Positions 9,797 to 20,245 of a stretch of 60,035 nt of DNA are shown in pieces. Numbering within the stretch: position 1 is the stretch's first letter; each line of letters begins with the position of its first letter. Location of the stretch: contig JAZDKR010000010.1 in NCBI GenBank assembly GCA_043802785.1, positions 1 to 60,035 of the forward strand, in the 5' to 3' direction. The DNA is from Elusimicrobiota bacterium. Its GTDB lineage: Bacteria; Elusimicrobiota; UBA8919. The notes under the pieces were generated by a model. It saw only the letters and a list, made by a program, of their open reading frames with translations. It ran no database searches and had not been told where the DNA came from. The position numbers and the translations under genes are program-made.

Positions 9797-10720
9797 TTAT
9801 GCACGCAAATGAACCTTATCATAAATCTTTTTCATCATTTGTGCAGTAACATGCGTGTAAATCTGAGTCGTGGCAAGATTCATATGCCCCAACATTTCCT
9901 GAACGCTTCTTATGTCGCATCCGTTATCAAGAAGATGCGTGGCAAATGTATGCCTCAATGAATGCGGAGTGATTTTTTTTGTGATGCCTACTTTTTTGAG
10001 ATATTTTTTAAGCATTTTCTGGATGCATCTTGCCGATAACTTTTGTCCCGCTTTAGCAGAATTCCCGGTAAACAAAACTGCGGAAGAATCATTCCGCAGT
10101 TTTAGATATTTTCTTATAATATCAAGTGCAGAATCACCGACAGGAATAAGCCGTTGCTTGGAACCCTTGCCCATAACCTTAACCGTGCCGGAAAAATAAT
10201 CAATATCAGTTTTACTCAGAGTTGTAAGTTCCGAAATTCGCAAGCCCGAAGAATATAATAATTCCAAAATCGCTCTGTCTCTTAGTCCTGATATTTTTGC
10301 GCCAGGGCGAGTATCGGGTGCAGATAAAATTAGATTAATTTCTGCAACAGTTAAAAAATTCGGAAGATGTTTTTCTGCCTTTGGTGTAAGTATGAAATCC
10401 ATCGGCGATATGATAAGCACTTTGCATTTAACAAGAAAATTAAAAAATCCTCTTAATGCTGCAATCTTTCTTATTATACTGGATTTTTTTTCAACCGGCT
10501 GAAGAACATTTGCCAAATAATCCCTAACAGTCAACTTATCGGTATTTTTTATATCAAGTTTCTTTCTCTCCAAAAACATGCTAAATTGTTCTATGTCCCT
10601 ACGATAAGCAAGGGCAGTATTTTCTGATATATTTTTTTGAATCTTCAAAAACTGTATGAACTTTTCTATGTTCTCACCTTGTTTCTGGTTTATTGTCGTT
10701 TCCGTCATCTTTTCCCTCAT
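9797..10720 (-). CDS. xerC: Tyrosine recombinase XerC/XerD
   Basis: RDRAILELLYSSGLRISE, GKGSKQR, HSLRHTFATHLL and LGH...TTQIYTHV; follows topA in the conserved dprA-topA-xerC order. Confidence 0.9.
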   Translation of the reverse strand: MREKMTETTINQKQGENIEKFIQFLKIQKNISENTALAYRRDIEQFSMFLERKKLDIKNTDKLTVRDYLANVLQPVEKKSSIIRKIAALRGFFNFLVKCKVLIISPMDFILTPKAEKHLPNFLTVAEINLILSAPDTRPGAKISGLRDRAILELLYSSGLRISELTTLSKTDIDYFSGTVKVMGKGSKQRLIPVGDSALDIIRKYLKLRNDSSAVLFTGNSAKAGQKLSARCIQKMLKKYLKKVGITKKITPHSLRHTFATHLLDNGCDIRSVQEMLGHMNLATTQIYTHVTAQMMKKIYDKVHLRA

Positions 10721-10764
10721 CTATTACAAAAAACTTGCCACGGAAAACACGGAGAACTACTTGA

Positions 10765-11009
10765 ATCAGGATTAAGGATTAAGAAGGGCAGGATTAAGTT
10801 ATAAGTTATAAGAATTAAGAAGTCAGGATTAAGAATTAAGAAGTCAGTATTAAGAATCAAGAAGTCAGGATTAAGAATTAAGTAGTAAGAATTAAGTAAA
10901 AACTTAATCCTTAATCCTTAATCCTTATCACTTATCACTGCCCTTCTTAATACTTACCACTTAATACTTACCACTTATCACTTACCACTTACCACTTACC
11001 ACTTAATTC
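10765..11009. repeat. Large convergent heptamer array (about 245 bp)
   Basis: Runs of GGATTAA/AGAATTA/AGAAGTC, a central AAAAA, then TTAATCC/CTTACCA runs, forming a long imperfect inverted repeat. Confidence 0.85.
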
Positions 11010-11055
11010 TGTCTTTCTTCCGTGCACTCCGTGGCAAATGTTCTTGACTTTGTGG

Positions 11056-13056
11056 TTACGGAGTTTTCTGGATATTTTTTGTATTTTTACATTTGGGATA
11101 ACCACTACACGCAAGAAATTTTCCGCGACGACCGGATTTTACTAACATAACTTTACCGCATTTTTCGCATACCTCATCCGTTTTTTCTGGAACAATTTTT
11201 TTACCTTCTTTGTCCAAAGACATTGTATTTCTGCATTTCGGAAAATTGGAACAAGCCATGAACTTGCCGAATCTTCCATCACGAATAACCATCGGAGAAC
11301 CACACTTCAAACATTTCTCGTCGGTCTCAATGACTTTTTTAATACTTTCCATATTTGCTTTTGCGTTAGCAAGTGTTTTAGCGAAAGGAGTATAAAAATC
11401 AGATAACATTTTTACCCATTCAATTTTACCATCAGCAATCCCATCAAGTTTCTCTTCCATTTCCGCAGTAAAATTCAAGTCAATAATTTCAGGAAAATAT
11501 TTTTTTAAAATATCTATTACTGTAAAACCGACTTCCTGTGGAATAAATTTCATTTTTTCGATTTGTACATATCCCCTATTTTTAAGGGTTGATATCGTCG
11601 GCGCATATGTTGATGGTCTTCCAATACCTCGTTCTTCAAGCGTCTTTATCAGCGATGCCTCATTATATCTCGGTGGCGGGTCACTAAAATGTTGTTTTGG
11701 GGTGATCTTCTCCGATATAAGTTTGTCTCCTTCATTCATATCAGGAAGCATCGTTTCCTTTTCTCCATCGGATTCAATGTAGATTTTCAAATAGCCATCA
11801 AACTTTATTGATGAGCCGGTGGCACGAAAAATATATTCCTTCACTTTTATGTCCACTGAAACAGAATTCACTATTGCCGAAGACATCTGGCTTGCAACAA
11901 ATCTTAACCAAATAAGTTCATAGAGTTTATTCTCATCTTTTTCAAGTTTTAATGTATGCACGGTTTTGGTCACATCTGTCGGCCTAATTGATTCATGTGC
12001 TTCCTGCGCCGATTTGCTTTTTGTTTTGTAAATGCGTGATTTAGCAGGCAAATATTCTTTGCCAAAATTTTTATTGATATACTCGGATGCCTGTTTTTGA
12101 GCAACTTTTGATACATCCAAAGAATCGGTTCTCATATAAGTAATAAGTCCGTTTTCATATAATTTTTGGGCAATAGACATCGTTCTGTTTGAACTGAAAC
12201 CCAATTTATTAACAGCATCTCTTTGGAGTGTAGATGTCATAAACGGTGGTAGTGGATTTTTTATTCTTTCACTTTTTGTAACCTTTGATACTACAAATTC
12301 ATTGTTCTTTATATCGTCAATTATTTTTTTTGCATCCGCTTCCGTTTTTATTGATGTCGTTTTTACTGTGTACTTTTCCGCAAACAACTGATAGGCAGTT
12401 GAGGAATAATATTTTTTTTCACCATTAGAAATCAAATCTGCATTAAAGGACTGACCGTTTTTATTAAGTTGCGCTGAAATGGTCCAGTACTCCTGCCCAG
12501 CGAATTTTTTAATTTCGATTTCCCGCTCAATAATAAGCCGGAGCGTAACAGATTGCACCCTGCCTGCCGAAAGTCCCTTCCTTACATTTTTTCCCAGAAG
12601 TGGACTTATCTGATAACCGACGAGACGGTCTATAATTCTTCTTGATTGCTGTGCATCAATAAGATTTAAGTCAAGAGGCCTGGGATTTTTTATTGCATCC
12701 TCAATTGCCGATTGAGTAATTTCGTGAAAAACAATTCTTTTTATTTTTTTTATGTCAAGTCCGCCTGCTGTGCTAATATGCCAACCGATTGCTTCGCCCT
12801 CACGATCATAATCGGTCGCTATGAATATATCTGACGATGACTTTATGGTAGAAATTATTTTCTTCATCGTATCTTCTTTACCTGGAAGAATCTGATACGA
12901 CGGCTGAAAATTGTTTTTTACATCTACGCCAAGTGTTCTCTGTGGTAAATCACGGACATGTCCCATTGAGGCAATAACAGTAAATTTCCCTTTCAGAAAA
13001 CCTGTTATCATCTTTGCTTTCGTCGGTGACTCAACAATTACAAGTGGATTTTTCAT
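11056..13056 (-). CDS. topA: DNA topoisomerase I (type IA) with C-terminal C4 zinc ribbons
   Basis: LVIVESPTKAK, ATDYDREGEAI, SAGRVQS, ITYMRTDS and QEAHESIRPT motifs. Start taken at MKNPLV (13056). Confidence 0.97.
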   Translation of the reverse strand: MKNPLVIVESPTKAKMITGFLKGKFTVIASMGHVRDLPQRTLGVDVKNNFQPSYQILPGKEDTMKKIISTIKSSSDIFIATDYDREGEAIGWHISTAGGLDIKKIKRIVFHEITQSAIEDAIKNPRPLDLNLIDAQQSRRIIDRLVGYQISPLLGKNVRKGLSAGRVQSVTLRLIIEREIEIKKFAGQEYWTISAQLNKNGQSFNADLISNGEKKYYSSTAYQLFAEKYTVKTTSIKTEADAKKIIDDIKNNEFVVSKVTKSERIKNPLPPFMTSTLQRDAVNKLGFSSNRTMSIAQKLYENGLITYMRTDSLDVSKVAQKQASEYINKNFGKEYLPAKSRIYKTKSKSAQEAHESIRPTDVTKTVHTLKLEKDENKLYELIWLRFVASQMSSAIVNSVSVDIKVKEYIFRATGSSIKFDGYLKIYIESDGEKETMLPDMNEGDKLISEKITPKQHFSDPPPRYNEASLIKTLEERGIGRPSTYAPTISTLKNRGYVQIEKMKFIPQEVGFTVIDILKKYFPEIIDLNFTAEMEEKLDGIADGKIEWVKMLSDFYTPFAKTLANAKANMESIKKVIETDEKCLKCGSPMVIRDGRFGKFMACSNFPKCRNTMSLDKEGKKIVPEKTDEVCEKCGKVMLVKSGRRGKFLACSGYPKCKNTKNIQKTP

Positions 13057-13161
13057 ATTCGCTTCGCTCATTATCGCTAAACCGACGCTAAACTTATACG
13101 CAAAACTGACGCCAAATGTTTCGCGTCTGTTTTGCGTTATTGTTCCGCGCCTGTTCTGCTT

Positions 13162-14268
13162 CTATTTCTTCCTGATATATTTTTTTCCGGGCAATTCTGA
13201 AATTAGACCATCCATCACGAGTTCTAAAAGAATTACAGAAAGTTTTTCAATCGGGATGTTACCTTTCTCAAACAATACATCTATATGAACCGGCTCATAA
13301 TTTATTGCTTCCAACACAATAATGGATTCATTGTCTAAATTTTTTGTTTCTTTTATAACTTTAAGATTTTCTTTTGTTTTTTTGACAAAATTTTTCAAAA
13401 CATTTATTTCATTGATTATATCATCAACCGACTCAACAAGTTTTGCTCCGTCTTTTATAAGTTTATGCGGGCCCCGTGAGTATTTTGAAAAAATGTTGCC
13501 TGGTATTGCGAAAACATCTCTACCCTGTTCAATTGCACTTTTGGCGGTTATCAAGGCACCGCTTTTTTCATCCGCCTCAATTACAACAACCCCAAGTGAA
13601 ATCCCACTGATTACTCTGTTTCTCCTTGGAAAATTTTGTTTATCCGGTCTTGTGTGCATATTGAACTCGGAAATTACAGCACCGTTTTCGGCAATTTTAT
13701 CTTCCAATTTTCTGTTTTCAGGAGGATAATGATATAAAAGCCCGTTTCCCAGAACCGCAATCGTTCTTCCTTTTTCATTAACCACCGTCTGATGAGCAAT
13801 TGTGTCAACACCCCTGGCAAGTCCGCTTACGATGGTAATACCACTATTAGAAAGTTCGCGGGCAAGATATTCGCACACCATTTTTCCATATGAAGTAATT
13901 TTTCTTGTGCCAACGACACCGACGGCAACCACATCCTTTTTGTCAAGTGAACCTTTTACATAAAGAATCGGCGGATAATCATATATGGTCTTTAATGTCT
14001 GTGGATATTCGTCCATAAATGAGGCAATTATTCTTACCCCGTTTTTTTCCGCTTCTTCTTGTTCTTTTACGACATCAAACTTTTCTCTATCGGAAATTAT
14101 AGTTTCCGCTGTTTTTCTCTCAATGCCCTCAATATGCATTAAATCATTAACTGACACAGTCAGTATTTTTCCGGCATTGCCAAAAAAATCCAGAAATTTT
14201 TTGAACCTTGCTGGGCCAATAACGGAAATTTGATTAAGTATAATCCAGGATTCTAACTCGGTAGGCAT
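13162..14268 (-). CDS. dprA: DNA-processing protein DprA (Smf)
   Basis: VVGTRKIT, VSGLARGVD, NFPRRNRVISG and KSGALITA motifs. Start taken at ATG 14268. Confidence 0.96.
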   Translation of the reverse strand: MPTELESWIILNQISVIGPARFKKFLDFFGNAGKILTVSVNDLMHIEGIERKTAETIISDREKFDVVKEQEEAEKNGVRIIASFMDEYPQTLKTIYDYPPILYVKGSLDKKDVVAVGVVGTRKITSYGKMVCEYLARELSNSGITIVSGLARGVDTIAHQTVVNEKGRTIAVLGNGLLYHYPPENRKLEDKIAENGAVISEFNMHTRPDKQNFPRRNRVISGISLGVVVIEADEKSGALITAKSAIEQGRDVFAIPGNIFSKYSRGPHKLIKDGAKLVESVDDIINEINVLKNFVKKTKENLKVIKETKNLDNESIIVLEAINYEPVHIDVLFEKGNIPIEKLSVILLELVMDGLISELPGKKYIRKK

Positions 14269-14277
14269 GACGGGGTT

Positions 14278-14305
14278 ATTATACAAATTTTTTTGAATAA
14301 GTCAA
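14278..14305 (-). promoter_or_regulatory. Sigma70-type promoter of dprA-topA-xerC, nearly leaderless
   Basis: TTGACT-16 nt-TATAAT, with only 9 nt between the -10 box and the ATG and no SD. Confidence 0.65.
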
Positions 14306-14338
14306 GAAAAAAACCACAAATGTTATTCTGACTCCACT

Positions 14339-15625
14339 TTAGATTTTTCTTTTCATTGCACAAAATTCGCCGCACATTGAACAGACATCTTTACTTTTTG
14401 CAGAGCGACGTCTTTCAAATTCATATGGATTTATAGCGAGTTTTTTTTGCTTTCGCCAATCAAAATTTTTTCTCGCCTTTGAAAGTTCATAATCAATTTC
14501 TAAAGAATTTTTATAACCTCTTGCAATTTCAGCAGAATGAGCCGCAATCCGTGAAGCAATCACTCCGTTTTTTACATCCTCCAAATCCGGTAAGGTCAAA
14601 TGTTCCGCAGGTGTTACATAACATAAAAAATCAGCACCGTAATAACCAGCCAAAGCACCGCCGATTGCAGAGGTAATATGGTCGTAACCTGGTGCAATGT
14701 CCGTCGTTAATGGTCCTAAAACATAAAAGGGCGCATTATGGCAATATCTTTTTTCAAGTTTGATATTTTTTTCTATTTGATTTAGGGGAACGTGACCTGG
14801 CCCTTCAATCATTGTCTGGACATTTCTCACCAAAGCATATTTTTGTAAATGCCCAAGTGTTTTTAATTCCTCTATTTGGGCATCGTCGGTATTATCTTTT
14901 ATACATCCAGGACGCAAACCGTCGCCAAGAGAAATCACAGCATCATATTTTTTTGCGATTTTTACGAGTTCATCAAAATGTTCGTAAAACGGATTTTCTT
15001 TTTTATTGTGAATCATCCACTCGGCGAGAAATGAACCACCGCGGGAAACAATCCCGACAAGCCGTTTTTTCTTTTTAAGAATTTCAAGGGCAGAAAGTGT
15101 CAGCCCACAATGAACCGTAACAAAATCAACACCACTTTTAAGTTGTTCTTCTACCTCACCGAACATTTGTTCGGGTACGGCATCTATGAATTTTTTTCCC
15201 TTGTGGGATAAATTGCAAATCAGTCCGTAAAGCGGAACTGTACCGACAGGCACGGTCGATGTTTCAATAACCATTTTTCTTATTTTTGAAATGTTGCCAC
15301 CGGTGGACAAATCCATAACGGCATCCGCACCATATTTTATCGCTGTTAAAACCTTTTCTTTTTCATAACCGATGTTTATATTCATCGGTGAGGTTCCTAT
15401 ATTCGCATTAACTTTTATTTTAAGATTTTTACCTATGCCGATAGAATGGAAGATGGAAGATGCCCGCCGAGAATTGTTTTTAAGAATAACTATTGTCCCA
15501 TTCTTAATACCGCCTCTTATAAATTCGGGAGAAATATCCTCACTTTTAGCCACTTCCCGCATTTCTTTCGTAATAATATTTTTTTGTGCCGATTCAATTT
15601 GTGTCATAATAATGTTATGCGACAT
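14339..15625 (-). CDS. thiC: Phosphomethylpyrimidine synthase
   Basis: KVNANIGTS, MDLSTGG, SRGGS, GDGLRPG, EGPGHVP, GYDHITSAIG and C-terminal CSMCG-C motifs. Confidence 0.97.
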   Translation of the reverse strand: MSHNIIMTQIESAQKNIITKEMREVAKSEDISPEFIRGGIKNGTIVILKNNSRRASSIFHSIGIGKNLKIKVNANIGTSPMNINIGYEKEKVLTAIKYGADAVMDLSTGGNISKIRKMVIETSTVPVGTVPLYGLICNLSHKGKKFIDAVPEQMFGEVEEQLKSGVDFVTVHCGLTLSALEILKKKKRLVGIVSRGGSFLAEWMIHNKKENPFYEHFDELVKIAKKYDAVISLGDGLRPGCIKDNTDDAQIEELKTLGHLQKYALVRNVQTMIEGPGHVPLNQIEKNIKLEKRYCHNAPFYVLGPLTTDIAPGYDHITSAIGGALAGYYGADFLCYVTPAEHLTLPDLEDVKNGVIASRIAAHSAEIARGYKNSLEIDYELSKARKNFDWRKQKKLAINPYEFERRRSAKSKDVCSMCGEFCAMKRKI

Positions 15626-15750
15626 AAAATAATTGGGTTGCTGTCCCTTTTTCCAAATATCACTGTCAAAATAATTAGTGTCCTCTAATTTTTCTTCCCA
15701 TTTTTCTTCCCTCTCCGGTTAAACCGTAAAGTTTATAAACCATCTGGTCA

Positions 15751-15790
15751 ACCCCGTTAGATAGAAAACATAGAGAATATCTAACGGGGT
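15751..15790. repeat. ACCCCGTTAGA...TCTAACGGGGT palindromic element
   Basis: 11-bp inverted termini; a related copy lies in-frame at 48603-48654. Confidence 0.75.
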
Positions 15791-15821
15791 CAGTTTGGCG
15801 TTTGTATTCTTAGAATATTTT

Positions 15822-16739
15822 CTAAATATCCTTGCTTCTCTTCCACCATTCATCAAATGGCTGCCGTAAGGCAAAATTTGCCGTTCTTTTTACTTCACTA
15901 TATTGCCCTCTTGCAACAGTATCAGTTGATGGCATGTTATAGCATAGATTTTCTGAAATAATCCATCTATCGTGAATATCTGTATTCAATTTTTTATCAA
16001 TTATAATCCGTAATTCACACTTTACCCCATCAATTTTGAGTTCTTTTTCTAAATCTTTATACAAAGATATGAATTTTTCATCCACCTTTTCTGACGACAT
16101 CAAAATTTTAATACTTTTTACTTTATTGGTATTAAGTGACTCTGATAACCAATCTAACCCCGCTCTTGAAAAATATTTATCTACCCAGTAAATATACTTC
16201 TCGCAAGAACCAATAACATCCCTGATCGCTTTTTTATTTGAGTATGGTTTATCTGGGGATAATAATTTTGTTTGTGATGGTCCATGTATAACTTCAAAAA
16301 TCGTCCTTATCTTTTTATCGTGTAATTCAACCGCATATTCCAATTGACTTATCTTGTTAAGAATTACCTTATTTGAAACTACCAATTTTCTGATATTCAC
16401 AAATACCCGCATTATACCAATATTTACATGGATGGCTCTTTTACTGTTAAGAACACTGGAGAGCATTGCAACACCCTGTTCTGTAAAAGCATAAGGTAGG
16501 TATCTAATACCACCCCATCTTGAGGTTTCAAATTGAAACCTCAAGTTTTCAAACTCTTCTTTTGATAATTGAAACATAAAATCCTCTGGAAATCTGTCCA
16601 TATTTCTTTTTACTGCAAGATTAAGTGATTTAGTTTTAACCTCATAAAGTTCAGCAAGATCTTTGTCTAACATTACATTTAGACCTCTAATCAAAAATAT
16701 CTTTTTCTCAATAAAATCCTGTTTAACAATATCTGCCAT
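15822..16739 (-). CDS. ORF6N-domain DNA-binding protein with a C-terminal PLD-like domain
   Basis: IRGLNVMLDKDLAELYEV...AVKRNMDRFPEDFMFQL...PYAFTEQGVAMLSSVL (ORF6N); C-terminal IHDRWII motif. Confidence 0.82.
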   Translation of the reverse strand: MADIVKQDFIEKKIFLIRGLNVMLDKDLAELYEVKTKSLNLAVKRNMDRFPEDFMFQLSKEEFENLRFQFETSRWGGIRYLPYAFTEQGVAMLSSVLNSKRAIHVNIGIMRVFVNIRKLVVSNKVILNKISQLEYAVELHDKKIRTIFEVIHGPSQTKLLSPDKPYSNKKAIRDVIGSCEKYIYWVDKYFSRAGLDWLSESLNTNKVKSIKILMSSEKVDEKFISLYKDLEKELKIDGVKCELRIIIDKKLNTDIHDRWIISENLCYNMPSTDTVARGQYSEVKRTANFALRQPFDEWWKRSKDI

Positions 16740-16760
16740 GTTTTTCCTTTGTTCCTGAAA

Positions 16761-19700
16761 CTATTTATCCTTTGTTCCAAACTGCTTCACGATGGCAATT
16801 TCTTCATCGGTTAAGTCATAGAGTTTATATATCATCTGGTCAATTTGGCGTTCAAGTTCTCTTACTTTTTCTGATGCACCACCTGACAACGGATAGCCAT
16901 ACTGTTCGTGTATAGAAAGAATATGGTCAACAAGGTTGATAAATGGTTTTTGTTGTCGTTCGGAAATTTTAGGAATTGGAAGTTGTTCAACAAAGTATCC
17001 TGAAAGATAAATGCCTTTTTCACCTAATCTATGAACTGATTGCAATGTGTACCAATGTAACAAAAAAGAATTTGTTATTGCCTGTATGAATTTAAGATTG
17101 TTGCCTGTAATCATAAAACAAGTTTTTTGTAAATAAAATCCTTTTGGAACTAAAGCCATTTTAATTTCTTGAGCCGTCTCTGCCCACGCAATTTTCTCCT
17201 TTTCAAAATCCTCAAGGTAAGTTGCGGCACATCGTTGCAAAGCATACCATTCATAACGAATTCCTGTCTCTTCCTTATTCCTTTTTGAAAGATTTTCCTT
17301 GAATTGTAACAAATGGTTATAAACAGATGGATATTGTTTCTGAAATTCCCTTTCTGCCTTTTTTGATGCTCCTTGGATTGAACTATCATCCTGCAAAGGG
17401 AAATGCCATGGGATAAAAATCAGCCATAGTCCTGCCCATTTGTAGCAATACCTATCGATGTCTCTGCCCCTTAATATCGGTTTGATGATTTCCACAGATT
17501 TTGAGGCTTCGGCACAGAGACGCTCTTTGGTTGCAGTGTCAATAATAAATGCCTCGTTAAAGCCAGTTATTATGCCTCTGTTTATTTTTACATCCCAATT
17601 TTTAAGTGGTGTGCCTATTTTTTCTATCTTCTTTTTCAGTGCCAACACTTTATCGTCTGCCAATGTCCAGCCAGAGTCAGAAAGTTCATTCTGTTTGATG
17701 GTCTGCTGTTTCTTACTCACATATTCGTCTAGATTTTCTCCTGTGAAATCGCTATCAACATTGATATAAGGAGATGTATATTCAGGTTGCGGTTTTTCTT
17801 TTTGCAATAAAAGAATATTGGTATCTACCGTAGCGGTCTCAAATACTTTATGTCCGCCAAAGTCAATCAGGTTTATTACTTTTGTTTTTGTTTTGAAAAA
17901 GTTTCTCAATTTCTCACCATATTTTGCCCGCATCCATTTATTGCTGGAGATAAAGCAGGAAAAACGGCTCGGAGCGAGGATATTATAGGAAAGTTCGTAA
18001 AAATAGGTATAAAGGTCAGAAGTAGAGTTATACACTTCATATCCCGCTTTTTGTAGCAGTGGTTTGTATTCTTTGATTTCCTCCTGCCTGACATACGGCG
18101 GATTGGCAATTACAACATCAAAACCTTTTTTCTTATGGAATACTTCTGAGAAATACACTTCAAAATCAAACTCTTTATGACCGTCGGTAATCTGGCTGAT
18201 AATATCATCAATCTGCTTTTTGTATTTCTGTTTTTTATTAGGATTGGTTTCGTTGAACAGTAATGGTTTTAAATTTTCAAGTTCTTCAAATAATTTCCAA
18301 TTAAGCACATCCTTCCTTACGCCAAAAAGTGAATGTCCACAGACAATTTTATAATCAAGGTTAGGCAGAGGTTTAATTTGCTTGATGTCATCTTCATCTA
18401 CCACCAATGAAAGCCACAGACGAAGTTTGGCAATCTCCACAGCACTGGAGTCAATGTCAACACCGTAAAGAGATTTTTCAATACATTCACGCTTAAAATT
18501 GTAGATGGAACGAGATTCTTCGCTACGCTCAGAATGACTTTTTGATTGCTTCGTCGCTTCTGCTCCTCGCAATGACAGATAGGCAGTCAATACGTTTCTT
18601 GTCTTTACAATTTCTGTCATCATACCCACAGGGAAAGCACCACTACCAATGGCAGGGTCGCATACTTTGATATTGGCAAGTTTGTCGTCAATAATTTTTG
18701 CATTTTTGCGGATGTTTTCGGAAAGTTTGTAAGAATATGTTTTTGTTTCTTTACCCTTGGTTTCAACCATTGCTTCGTTTCCGCTGACTTGCTCGCCATA
18801 TTTGATAAGTGTTTCTATTTCCTTTCTTGATATTGATTGGTATGATTTATGCTCGGCGGTCAAAACTAACTGACCTGTTTTTGCTTTATTACCAAATGCA
18901 TCAAGTTGAGAGTCACCAACTTTTTCATATGAAATTGTTCCCTGATTCAATTCTGTGTATAAATAATTGATTAAACTCTGCTGACACATATAATGGACAA
19001 TTTCGCGTGGGGTGTAGTAAGTTCCTTTGGATTTTCTATCTTTAACTTCCAGAAGATTTTCAAAGACCTTACCTAACATTTCCGGGTCAATGGCGACTTC
19101 CTTTTCTAATGGTTCGTCTTCTTTAACGGTGAAATTATAGCGGTCAAAAATGTCTAAAATGCCATTTCCAGTGTCGCCTTCTTTAGTTTTGTAATTGTTG
19201 GAAAATAGTTCATTGGGAAAAAGTATATCCGTATGTACCCAGTTATAATTATTAATTGGATCAAAGAGTCCTCCGTTTAGGAAAGGAATTTTGCAGTCAA
19301 ACCTGCTGTAATAATCATCATCATGACTGCGGTTAATACGGAACGCTTCATAAAAAAGTGGCTCTAAAATATCATTAAAGAAATTTTTGTATTTGCAGTG
19401 TTTCTCTTCAAAAAGTTCTCGTAAGAAGTGTTTGTCTCCGGTTCCCCAGTCAGCATCTCGTTTTACACCGAACCAACCCTTTTTTTGTAGAAAGTAAAGA
19501 AAAACAATCTGTCCTAAAAGTTTTTTGGAAAAATCAATGGTATTGACGCCTTTCGCCTCAAAATCAGATTTAATTTTTTTGTCTTTCTCCATTAAATCGT
19601 CAAGTGTTTCCTTGGTCCTTAAAAAAATATCTCGGTACTTTTCAAAGAATTCCTTTGTAACTTTTTCAATGTTAAACGCCTCTTCAAATTGACTGAGGGT

Positions 19701-20243
19701 CGGATTATATTTATCGTCAGCCAGTATTGAAACAAGTCGGCTCTGGGCAGTATGGCTCTTTTCATTTTTTCCTACTAAAAATGACCATCTACGGGCTGGC
19801 GTAAATTCTTCTTTGACTTTTATTTTTCCATTTTTACCTTCCTCAAATTTATAGTCCATTTTTACCAGCGAAAAACGCCAGTCTTTTTCATTCGGAGAGA
19901 CAAAAGCAACTAAAGAAGCATCTTTTAATTTACCGCCACGGCTACCATTTAGATACCAAGCAACAAAATTTCTTTGCTTAGTTCTGGCACGTTCAAGAGT
20001 TGTTTCTTTCTTTAGTTTTACAATGAGAATATCAATCTCATATTCTCCATCGGTATATTTTCCGATGCGTTCAAGCGTGCTTATGTGTTGTTCATATGCG
20101 TCAGGGATAAGATTTCCTCTGTAGGAAAACGGGGTCTCCTCAATAGAATTGAAAAGGTTTTTAATAAAATAAATAAATTTATCTTTGTCAAAAGGGTTTT
20201 CAAAAGTTTCTTTTATGATTTGTTGTGCCTGTTGTTTGTCCAT
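16761..20243 (-). CDS. Type IIG / Eco57I-TaqI-like N6-adenine methyltransferase (restriction-modification enzyme)
   Basis: Motif I DPAIGSGAF, motif IV NPPYVRQE, IPFLNGGLF and YYTPREIV motifs; TaqI-like C-terminal target-recognition region. Confidence 0.9.
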   Translation of the reverse strand: MDKQQAQQIIKETFENPFDKDKFIYFIKNLFNSIEETPFSYRGNLIPDAYEQHISTLERIGKYTDGEYEIDILIVKLKKETTLERARTKQRNFVAWYLNGSRGGKLKDASLVAFVSPNEKDWRFSLVKMDYKFEEGKNGKIKVKEEFTPARRWSFLVGKNEKSHTAQSRLVSILADDKYNPTLSQFEEAFNIEKVTKEFFEKYRDIFLRTKETLDDLMEKDKKIKSDFEAKGVNTIDFSKKLLGQIVFLYFLQKKGWFGVKRDADWGTGDKHFLRELFEEKHCKYKNFFNDILEPLFYEAFRINRSHDDDYYSRFDCKIPFLNGGLFDPINNYNWVHTDILFPNELFSNNYKTKEGDTGNGILDIFDRYNFTVKEDEPLEKEVAIDPEMLGKVFENLLEVKDRKSKGTYYTPREIVHYMCQQSLINYLYTELNQGTISYEKVGDSQLDAFGNKAKTGQLVLTAEHKSYQSISRKEIETLIKYGEQVSGNEAMVETKGKETKTYSYKLSENIRKNAKIIDDKLANIKVCDPAIGSGAFPVGMMTEIVKTRNVLTAYLSLRGAEATKQSKSHSERSEESRSIYNFKRECIEKSLYGVDIDSSAVEIAKLRLWLSLVVDEDDIKQIKPLPNLDYKIVCGHSLFGVRKDVLNWKLFEELENLKPLLFNETNPNKKQKYKKQIDDIISQITDGHKEFDFEVYFSEVFHKKKGFDVVIANPPYVRQEEIKEYKPLLQKAGYEVYNSTSDLYTYFYELSYNILAPSRFSCFISSNKWMRAKYGEKLRNFFKTKTKVINLIDFGGHKVFETATVDTNILLLQKEKPQPEYTSPYINVDSDFTGENLDEYVSKKQQTIKQNELSDSGWTLADDKVLALKKKIEKIGTPLKNWDVKINRGIITGFNEAFIIDTATKERLCAEASKSVEIIKPILRGRDIDRYCYKWAGLWLIFIPWHFPLQDDSSIQGASKKAEREFQKQYPSVYNHLLQFKENLSKRNKEETGIRYEWYALQRCAATYLEDFEKEKIAWAETAQEIKMALVPKGFYLQKTCFMITGNNLKFIQAITNSFLLHWYTLQSVHRLGEKGIYLSGYFVEQLPIPKISERQQKPFINLVDHILSIHEQYGYPLSGGASEKVRELERQIDQMIYKLYDLTDEEIAIVKQFGTKDK

Positions 20244-20245
20244 AA

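Noticed and set aside
9797-10720. Tyrosine recombinase as an island integrase
   Set aside because: Its sequence and the dprA-topA-xerC context indicate the housekeeping Xer recombinase.
12330-12420. Possible insertion in TopA (YYSSTAYQLFAEKYTVKTTSIKT)
   Set aside because: No palindrome or match to the repeat families was seen; it needs an alignment to judge.
15626-15821. TPP riboswitch upstream of thiC
   Set aside because: No CTGAGA/CCTGA-type core is visible; the region is occupied by repeats and the island boundary.
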